The notes under the pieces: model-generated
Told to the model about the DNA's origin: nothing
The model's input: only the letters and a program-made list of their open reading frames with translations
Databases searched by the model: none
In this document: positions 42,578 to 52,800 of the stretch, in pieces
Layout of the letters: each line of letters starts with the position of its first letter
Numbering within the stretch: position 1 is the first letter of the stretch
From: Flectonema sp. DT1601
Taxonomy: Eukaryota
DNA length: 64,000 nt
Assembly (NCBI GenBank): GCA_964019425.1
Contig: OZ025796.1
Location: forward strand, 620,001-684,000
Direction: 5' to 3'
Translations under genes and position numbers: made by a program

Positions 42578-45535
42578 TTTTTCCCCTCCCTCGCCCCATC
42601 CCCGTCAGCGAGTAGGAAAGCGCAGCTAGGAATTTTTCCACGCAAGCGGATCCCACAACCCGACCACCCTTCCCCACGCTCACCCCATCCACCCTCCCCC
42701 ACCCCAACAAAAGAAGAAAACGGCGGCAGCCACGTGACACACTCGTGTTCGTGTAGCGAAGCGTTTCGGCGACTTCGAAGACGACGACGACGACGACGTA
42801 GAAGTGACGGTGTATGTGACTGACCTTCTTCTTCCTTATTTATTTGTTTACTTTTGTTAATTACTTCCTCTTAATTTCATTCCTCTCTTAGATTGTTGTT
42901 TATTTGCTTATTTATTTGTTTGTTTATCTGTCTGTTTATCTGTCTGTATATTCTGTTACTATCTGTTATTTTGTTACATTTATCTGTCTACTTTAGAGTA
43001 CATTTTTGTTATTGTTAAATTAAAACATCTTCTTCACAGTTTTTCCCCTCCCTCGCCCCATCCCCGTCAGCGAGTAGGAAAGCGCAGCTAGGAATTTTTC
43101 CACGCAAGCGGATCCCACAACCCGACCACCCTTCCCCACGCTCACCCCATCCACCCTCCCCCACCCCAACAAAAGAAGAAAACGGCGGCAGCCACGTGAC
43201 ACACTCGTGTTCGTGTAGCGAAGCGTTTCGGCGACTTCGAAGACGACGACGACGACGACGTAGAAGTGACGGTGTATGTGACTGACCTTCTTCTTCCTTA
43301 TTTATTTGTTTACTTTTGTTAATTACTTCCTCTTAATTTCATTCCTCTCTTAGATTGTTGTTTATTTGCTTATTTATTTGTTTGTTTATCTGTCTGTTTA
43401 TCTGTCTGTATATTCTGTTACTATCTGTTATTTTGTTACATTTATCTGTCTACTTTAGAGTACATTTTTGTTATTGTTAAATTAAAACATCTTCTTCACA
43501 GTTTTTCCCCTCCCTCGCCCCATCCCCGTCAGCGAGTAGGAAAGCGCAGCTAGGAATTTTTCCACGCAAGCGGATCCCACAACCCGACCACCCTTCCCCA
43601 CGCTCACCCCATCCACCCTCCCCCACCCCAACAAAAGAAGAAAACGGCGGCAGCCACGTGACACACTCGTGTTCGTGTAGCGAAGCGTTTCGGCGACTTC
43701 GAAGACGACGACGACGACGACGTAGAAGTGACGGTGTATGTGACTGACCTTCTTCTTCCTTATTTATTTGTTTACTTTTGTTAATTACTTCCTCTTAATT
43801 TCATTCCTCTCTTAGATTGTTGTTTATTTGCTTATTTATTTGTTTGTTTATCTGTCTGTTTATCTGTCTGTATATTCTGTTACTATCTGTTATTTTGTTA
43901 CATTTATCTGTCTACTTTAGAGTACATTTTTGTTATTGTTAAATTAAAACATCTTCTTCACAGTTTTTCCCCTCCCTCGCCCCATCCCCGTCAGCGAGTA
44001 GGAAAGCGCAGCTAGGAATTTTTCCACGCAAGCGGATCCCACAACCCGACCACCCTTCCCCACGCTCACCCCATCCACCCTCCCCCACCCCAACAAAAGA
44101 AGAAAACGGCGGCAGCCACGTGACACACTCGTGTTCGTGTAGCGAAGCGTTTCGGCGACTTCGAAGACGACGACGACGACGACGTAGAAGTGACGGTGTA
44201 TGTGACTGACCTTCTTCTTCCTTATTTATTTGTTTACTTTTGTTAATTACTTCCTCTTAATTTCATTCCTCTCTTAGATTGTTGTTTATTTGCTTATTTA
44301 TTTGTTTGTTTATCTGTCTGTTTATCTGTCTGTATATTCTGTTACTATCTGTTATTTTGTTACATTTATCTGTCTACTTTAGAGTACATTTTTGTTATTG
44401 TTAAATTAAAACATCTTCTTCACAGTTTTTCCCCTCCCTCGCCCCATCCCCGTCAGCGAGTAGGAAAGCGCAGCTAGGAATTTTTCCACGCAAGCGGATC
44501 CCACAACCCGACCACCCTTCCCCACGCTCACCCCATCCACCCTCCCCCACCCCAACAAAAGAAGAAAACGGCGGCAGCCACGTGACACACTCGTGTTCGT
44601 GTAGCGAAGCGTTTCGGCGACTTCGAAGACGACGACGACGACGACGTAGAAGTGACGGTGTATGTGACTGACCTTCTTCTTCCTTATTTATTTGTTTACT
44701 TTTGTTAATTACTTCCTCTTAATTTCATTCCTCTCTTAGATTGTTGTTTATTTGCTTATTTATTTGTTTGTTTATCTGTCTGTTTATCTGTCTGTATATT
44801 CTGTTACTATCTGTTATTTTGTTACATTTATCTGTCTACTTTAGAGTACATTTTTGTTATTGTTAAATTAAAACATCTTCTTCACAGTTTTTCCCCTCCC
44901 TCGCCCCATCCCCGTCAGCGAGTAGGAAAGCGCAGCTAGGAATTTTTCCACGCAAGCGGATCCCACAACCCGACCACCCTTCCCCACGCTCACCCCATCC
45001 ACCCTCCCCCACCCCAACAAAAGAAGAAAACGGCGGCAGCCACGTGACACACTCGTGTTCGTGTAGCGAAGCGTTTCGGCGACTTCGAAGACGACGACGA
45101 CGACGACGTAGAAGTGACGGTGTATGTGACTGACCTTCTTCTTCCTTATTTATTTGTTTACTTTTGTTAATTACTTCCTCTTAATTTCATTCCTCTCTTA
45201 GATTGTTGTTTATTTGCTTATTTATTTGTTTGTTTATCTGTCTGTTTATCTGTCTGTATATTCTGTTACTATCTGTTATTTTGTTACATTTATCTGTCTA
45301 CTTTAGAGTACATTTTTGTTATTGTTAAATTAAAACATCTTCTTCACAGTTTTTCCCCTCCCTCGCCCCATCCCCGTCAGCGAGTAGGAAAGCGCAGCTA
45401 GGAATTTTTCCACGCAAGCGGATCCCACAACCCGACCACCCTTCCCCACGCTCACCCCATCCACCCTCCCCCACCCCAACAAAAGAAGAAAACGGCGGCA
45501 GCCACGTGACACACTCGTGTTCGTGTAGCGAAGCG
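42578..45535 (+). repeat. 462-bp tandem array (6 full units plus 186 bp); each full unit has a GTATGT donor and a T-rich tract ending in CAG
   Basis: Unit starts at 42578, 43040, 43502, 43964, 44426, 44888 and 45350; units appear identical. Confidence 0.95.
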
Positions 45536-45888
45536 CTTAGCGCTTTAAAGTCTTTTAAGTCGCAGAAGTCGCCCCCGTCGCCCCCCGACCCCCACAGGGT
45601 ATTGAACCCAGGTGGACCAGAAGACAGACGGTGACAAAAACCACTGCACCAAAGTATATTGTTGAAAAAAAATTTTTATTTATTGTTTATTATATATATT
45701 AATTAGGTCATATTTATTTAGAAGAATTTGGTATTACTTGTCGTTGTTTATTTAGAAAATACTAAGGAAGAAAGAGGAAGAAAAAAAAAAAAAAAAAAAA
45801 AAAGAAATTAGATTTTGCATAGGCATACTTGCAGAGGAGGAGATAAACGCGGGTCCTTCAGTAAGCTCTAGTACATCGGCGGGGTAGG

Positions 45889-45930
<42 letters not shown>

Positions 45931-46179
45931 CATCTATCTTCGGTCTACGAACGCTTTGAGTCGGCCAGCAGTCACAAACGGACATTGAAGGCGCGGATAA
46001 TTGTTGTTGCTGTGGAAACCTTGCTCTGCTGAAGAAGGAGTTGAAATTTTCCCCACCTGCATTCTGATTCGAGTTGTCTTCGAGAGTACTTTGCTTTGGT
46101 CAAAAAAAAGTTACTTATTCATCCAGCACATACGTCCTTCTCATCTTTTCTGGAGACTGGACCGCTGGTGAACGCGCAA

Positions 46180-46475
46180 ACAGAACAAATTTTTTCTTTT
46201 GTTCTTCATTAAAACTACACTGAGACACGGTCTTCCGCAATACATCGCACGAACAGAACATATCCTTTCTTGTTCTCGTTTAAACACCGCTTTAAGACAG
46301 CGAAAAGAGCATATCCTTTTTTTTGTTCTTGTTTAAACTCTGCTTTGATACACGGTCTTCCGCTAGTCAGCGCGCGAGAAGAACATATCTTTTCTTGTTC
46401 TCGTTTAAACTTTGCTTTTAAGACCTGCAAACAGAGCATATCTTTTTTTTTGTTCCTGTTAAAACTCTTTTTTAA
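46180..46475 (+). repeat. Five degenerate AGA(A/G)CA..TGTTC..AAAC hairpin-like repeats
   Basis: Motif recurs at ~46180, 46253, 46305, 46379 and 46431. Confidence 0.6.
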
Positions 46476-46634
46476 GACAAAGCGTTACGAATCAGCCTGC
46501 GGGAGAGGAGAAGGAAGAACTCTCTCACTAGCTTTGTTTGGTGCCCGTGGTGGTGACTACCATTCTGCGTCGGAACTGTACGGGGGTGACCGCATAGACA
46601 GAAGAGTTCGGAAAGCGGAGGATACGCGAGCCAG

Positions 46635-46687
<53 letters not shown>

Positions 46688-46798
46688 ACTCCACACACAC
46701 GTACAGGGCTAACAAGGAGAAGAGCAGGTAAGTCGATTGTCTTTTTTCGGGTTCCATACACAAATCATCCACAGCGAAGAGAACGGAAAAGGAAGAGT

Positions 46799-46844
<46 letters not shown>

Positions 46845-46847
46845 AGA

Positions 46848-49800
46848 ATGGAGAAAACAATGTTACTGTGTGGGTACGTGCTGCTGTGGGCACTACTAAG
46901 TGGAACGAGGGCGCAACAGACGTCCGGAGTGGGTAAGCAGAGGTTAGCCCCAGTGCCAGGCGGATGGCACACCCCTCTTTTCACAACGCTGGACAAAGGC
47001 CCACTGTTTTCATCGCGCATCAGCCGACGCGTAACACGCCCGATCCCCCCGCACCCATTTATAACCCCCAACAGCTCAAACAGCCCCAACAATACGGCAA
47101 GCGGACGCGCTTTCCAACATGGACGAGAGGGGGTGTGGGTCCCGCGGAGGGGAACGGAAACGGCCGGGAACCGGGTGAGGCGAGACCACCCAAAGCCACC
47201 TCCAGACAAGGGAGGAAGGGAGCTCCTGAAGAGGGCGTCCCCGAAAGTGGCGTCCAAGGCGGCAAGGCGGCTGGAAAGGAGGAGGAGGAAGCTGCTGAAG
47301 GAACGGCAGGAGAGGTGGGAGCGGTGGGCGGGAGAGTTGGAGAAGTTCCACGCCAGGCGAGAGAGGTTCCGCGCGGAGACAGAGAGGCCAAGGAAGAACA
47401 AGGCGGAGACACCGAAGAAGCGACGGGCAGGGCCCGAAAGGGACTGGACAAAGCCAGGAGGGCACAAGGCGGAGCCCAGACCATGGTATGCGAGGCCGTC
47501 AGACCTGGCAGGAGGAGGGCAAAGCAAGGAGAGGACGAAGTGCCCGGTGGTGGGGTGCAGCGTCTGGGTGAGGGGTGACCTAGAGTACCACTTCAAACAA
47601 CACCTGAAGGGAGTGGTACCGGGGGAGGTAACGGCCCAGATGGCATCCGACAGACTCGGAAAGCAGATCTGCAAGGCCTGCGGGGAGCTGAGTACCGGAT
47701 TGGTGCACCAGACAGTGAGGTGTCGGGAGATGTTGGACCTCAAGGGACGGCTGGGGGTAGCGACGGGACCCACGCCGGAACTGGCAAGCCTGAAGTGCGA
47801 GGGAGCAAAAGTATTCCGGGTGATTGGGGATGGGAATTGCCTGTTCAGGAGTGTGTGCCAACTCCTAGAGACGCCAGAGGGGTGGAAGGGCAGACATGGA
47901 GAGCTCCGCAGGAGAACGGCAGGATACCTGACCAAGAACAGGGAAAGGTTCGAGGTCTTCTTCCAGGACGCGGACGCATTCGGAGTATATGCGAGGGCGT
48001 TGGAAGAGGATGGATGCTGGGGCGATGCATTGGCCCTACAGGTCATGGCAGAGGACCTACAGTGCCGCTTCGTCGTCGTGGTGAGGACGGAAACGCTGGT
48101 GGTGGAAGGGCCATCGGACCCGAAGCGGACGCTGGTCTTGACCCTGCAAAACGGGTGCCACTACGACCCAGTGGAGGCATCCGAGGACTGCGTCGCGCGG
48201 CTGCTACAGAGCGCCCGGAGGTTGGAGTTAGTGTCGCCAGGCCCGCTGTCGCAAGCAGCAGGAGGCGAGCCGGCAGTGCTGCAGACAGCCTCCCGACAGG
48301 CCCAGCTGCACGAGTGCCCCCAAGCGGAGTGCCCGAAACACAAGGGAGGCTTCGAGGAGTGGGCGGAGCTCCTAAGACACGTGGACGAGCACGCATTCAG
48401 TGGCAACCCGCTGACGCATGGACAGTTGGCGAGGCTAGGCCTCCGGGAATGTCCGGTGTGCTGTGGGATCATCGGGCAGGACCAGCCGATGCATCCGGGG
48501 TGCAGTGAGAAACTGCAGAAGGTCCAACTGGGGGACGTGTACACGGCGTTCCGGAAGCGGGTGCTGGAGAGCCAGAGCTTCCCCTCTTTGGAGGAAATAG
48601 CCAGCAGGAGGAGGCCGATAGCGAAGAAGCTGCCGGTGTCCCTGTTGCATCATCTGGGGCGAGCACTCAAGCTGTCGCTCGACCTAGTCGTGGAGCGGAA
48701 CGATGAGTGGGCATGGAAGCTGCTCTTGATGCTCCCGACATGTACACTGCGGAGGATACGGAGGGGGGGTAGGAGGTTGTCGACCAGCGATCTGACAGGG
48801 GCGGTCGACGACCTGCAAGCATGGATTCGGGGGGAATTTGAGGGACTGTGGAAAGCGGCGGCCCCCCGCAAGGCGACGGGAAGGCCAGCAGTGAAAGAGG
48901 CGGGGCAAAAAGGAAGGAACGACAGGGCCACGTCGCTAGCGAGGGAGGGTTGCCTGTCACAGGCGATCTCGGCCCTAGACGCGCCGCCGCCAGCAGAACG
49001 AACCGAGAAGGTGCTGGAGCAGATGCGCACCCTACACCCGAGGGCGAGCGGACCCCCATCGGCCACGGCAGGGCAGGAGGTGCAGATAGCAGAGGTGGAG
49101 CTGCTAGCATGCCTACGCTCCTTCCACAGGGGGTCGAGTGGAGGGCCTTCGGGCCTCGCGCCGCAACACCTGAAGGACGTGGTGGAGCGGGGTGAGGTGC
49201 CGGGGCTGGTAGCCTCGATCACGGAGGTGGTGAGGATTCTGGCGAACGGGAGGGCGCCGCGGGAAGTAGCGCCGCTGCTGGCGGGGGCGAACCTGACGGC
49301 GCTGGAGAAAGAAGGGAAGCCGGGGGAGCACCGGCCAGTCGCGGTGGGGGAAACATGGAGGCGGCTGGTGGCGAAGATCCTGTGCGGGGCATATAGGTCC
49401 CAGGCGAGGAGCTCGTTGCTAGAAGTGAGACAGCTGGGAGTAGCGGTGTCGGGGGGAGTGGAGGCGGCGGTGCACACCCTGCATGAGTTCCGCGCGGAGC
49501 ACGCGCTCTCGTCACAGAAAGTGTTCGTGAAGATAGACTTCTCGAACGCCTTCAACTGCGTGAAGAGGGGGGCGTTCCTGGATTCGACGAGGGATACCCT
49601 GCTGGAGAGCTGGGTCAGCTGGTGTTACGGAGCGCCGACGTGGTTGCTGTTTGGGGACGAGAGGCTGAGCTCGGAGGAGGGCGCTCAGCAGGGGGATCCG
49701 TTGGGTCCCTTGCTGTTCTCGCTGGCAATCAAGCCGGCGCTGCAGAAGGTGTTGGAGGCGAAGCCGGAGTTGGCGTGCTTCTACCTGGACGATGGGCTGG

Positions 49801-52800
49801 TGGCGGGCACCCTGGAACAGGTAGACAAGGCCCTCCAAATCCTGCAGAAGGAGACGGCGGAGCTGGGGCTGACGCTGAGGCCGGACAAGTGCCAGACGCA
49901 CGTGCTCGACTCAGCCCAGAACACCCTGCCCTTGGGGTGGGGGTTGGAAGGGATGAGACCCCCACTGTACAACGGGGACTTCCTGGGGGCACCGTTCGGG
50001 ACGGAGGAACACTGCCAGGAGTTCGTCGACAGGAAGGTGGCGCAGCTGGAGAAGAAAGCGGAGCTGCTAGCTGACCTGCAGGACCGGCAGGTGGCCATGG
50101 TGCTCCTAAGGCAATGCATGGGCTTCTGCAAGGTGACCCACCTGATGCGATGCTGCACGCATGGGAAAATGGACACCTCGATGCGGAAGGTGGACGAGCT
50201 GATGAGGTCCACGGCGAGCCGAGTGTTGGGCCTGACACTGGAGGGGCCAAAGTGGATGCAAGCACAACTGCCGACCCGGATGGGGGGATTGGGGCTGCGG
50301 TCATGTGCAGAGCACAGGGGAGCAGCACTATTGGGATCCCTGGAATTAGTCCAAGGGGTGAGCAAGTCACTGTGGGAGGGGTTCAAGGGGGTGCTGATGC
50401 CAGCACTGAAGAAGGGGTTGAACCTCGCCCTCCCGGAGGAGCTAAGGATAGAAGAAGACGGGCCGGGGCCGAACCCCCAGAGGCTGTCCTCGGCGAAACT
50501 GGACCAGGTCAAGAGAGACTGCCTGCTGGCGGGGGCGAATGACCCGCGCGATAAAGGGAGGCTGCTCTCCCTGCGCATGGATAAGGCGAGCGCATGGCTG
50601 CAACAAGCAGATGAAGAGTGCGCGATGGACCCAGAGACGTTCAGGATCGCATGTGGGATGCGATTGGGCGCAGCGCTGTTCGCGGAAGGGGCAGTATGCA
50701 GGATATGCTCAGGCCCACAGGATAGGCAGGGATACCATGCCTCAATCTGTATCAAAAACGGCCACGTGCACCAGCGACACGAGAGGGTGAAGGAGGAGTT
50801 CATCTCCATCTTTAAGCAGGCGGGATTGCCGCTGCTGAGAGAACCCAGCCACCTACTGGGACCCAACAAGCAGAGACCGGGGGACTGGTACTGCCAAGAG
50901 GGGCTGAGGGAGGGGAGAGGCAGAGCCTTCGACATCACAGTGGTAAACCCGGGGAAGATTAAATTGTATAAAACCCCGGGGCAAGCCGCGAGAGAAGCAG
51001 AGTCCCTGAAAGGGAACAAGTACGCGGAGCAGTGCACGAAACACGGGATTAATTTCTCGACAATTGCGCTGGAAGCGTACGGAGGGATGGGACGGGAAGC
51101 AGTGGGGACCCTGAAGAAGTTGGTGCAGATCTGCGCAACGAACTCGACGGTGCCACACCGGGAGATCGCGGGGGAGATGGCGAGGAGGATCTCGACATCG
51201 GTGGTAGTGGCGACGGCGGAAGCACTGAGAGCGAGGGAGGCGTCGGTGGCGATGGACTCAGTGAACCCATTGCCAAGGACGAAACCGCCGCCCGAGATGA
51301 CGGAGAAGCCGACATCACAAGAGAGAGAACCAAGACCGAGAGCGGAAACGGAAGAGATCCAGCAGCCGGAAGTAATGCGACAGTCGGCAGGACCGCCCCC
51401 GACGATGAGAGGTTTGCCGAACATCGGGAACTCCTGCTACCTCAACGCGTCCGTACAGTGCCTGCTGAAGGGCACGGCACTGACACAAGTGCTGACGGGG
51501 AAGGAGGAAGTGGGGATGTCGGGCCTCCTGAGTGGAGTGGTCAAAGGGAGTGGGGAGTGCCTGGAGAAGCTGTCCGAGATGTTCGACCCGCTACAAGACA
51601 GGCGGCAGGGGGAGGTAGTAGGAACCCTGACGTCCATAGTAGACGCCCTGTTGGAGGAGAAGAAAGAGGTGTGCGAACCGTTGTTCTCGGCAGTACAGCT
51701 GAAACAGCTGGTCTGCACGGGATGTGCGGACGCCTCCGGATCGACGGATGAGTTGACGCTGATCCCACTGTGTGGCCGTACACCACAAGTGAGGCTTCAG
51801 CCGACGAAGGAGAGAGTCGAGCGGTCCTGCGAGAAGCTGTGCGGCAGCAATGAGGCCACGCTGGAAGAGAGTTTCGCCTCGCTCCCAAGCTCCTTGATCT
51901 TCCAGAGAGACAAGCAGGACACGCAAGGGTCCTTGGGATGGGAAGAGCGCTTCCAGGTGCAGGTCGGGGAGAGGGTGATGACGTACCAGCAAACGGGAGC
52001 GATCGCACACCTCGGGAGTGACAACGCGGGGCATTACGTGTCATACACGTGGGACGGAGTAGGCTGGCAGAAGCAAGACGACAAGGCAATAAGCCAAGTG
52101 TCGACAGAGGAGATCCACGGGACGAAACCAGTAGTAGTGGTCTACTCGAGGGTGGAGGGATCGACCCAAGAGGACGTCGGGGTGCCGGTGAGATGGATTC
52201 CGGTGGCGAACAAGGACCGGATGGAGGTACGCGAGGCACCGCCGTCGGAGGAGGACACCGCGGGGTACACGTCCAGGGAAGAGGCGGAGTGTGTCCTCCG
52301 GACGCGAGTAGTAGGGGGGCAGACGCAGCGCAAGCTGCTCTTACTGGTATCGAGCGTCTGGAACGCGGAGATGGAGAAGCTGGGGGCGGCAGCATGCCTG
52401 ATACACATGGGAACGCTCGACAGGAGGTTCACGTGGTCGGGCTGCCTACCGACATGGGACGAAGCGACTGCGGAGTACGTGGCAGCGCTGCTAGGGCTCA
52501 ACGCGATCAGGGAGAGATCGCAACTGCTGGGGGGTGAGACACAGATCGAGGTGGTCACACCGCAGCAGGGGTGGGGAGCCGAGCAGCAGGAGGCGCTGAA
52601 GTTGGTAGCGCTCCCGTCGGTGATAGAACACCAGGTGACGGAAAGCTCACGAGGGGTGGAGAACCTGGCCCTCTGGGAAGCGGAATCGGCGGCATGGGAC
52701 GAGCCGGTGGAACTCTCGGAGGACGGGCTCGACTACTTGGTGATCGAGCTGGAGATGAATCTGGGGCTGTCCCAATTGAGGGGAAAGGCGGTGGAACCGG

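Noticed and set aside
42578..45535. 462-bp array as an SL RNA/5S gene array, a CRISPR array, or 60-aa coding repeats
   Set aside because: Only the first unit has the SL; no 5S sequence recognised; no spacers; the minus-strand ORFs are by-products of the repeat.
46270..46847. Poly-lysine ORF segments (also 13845 and 56058)
   Set aside because: Translations of poly(A) tracts from non-ATG or incidental starts.
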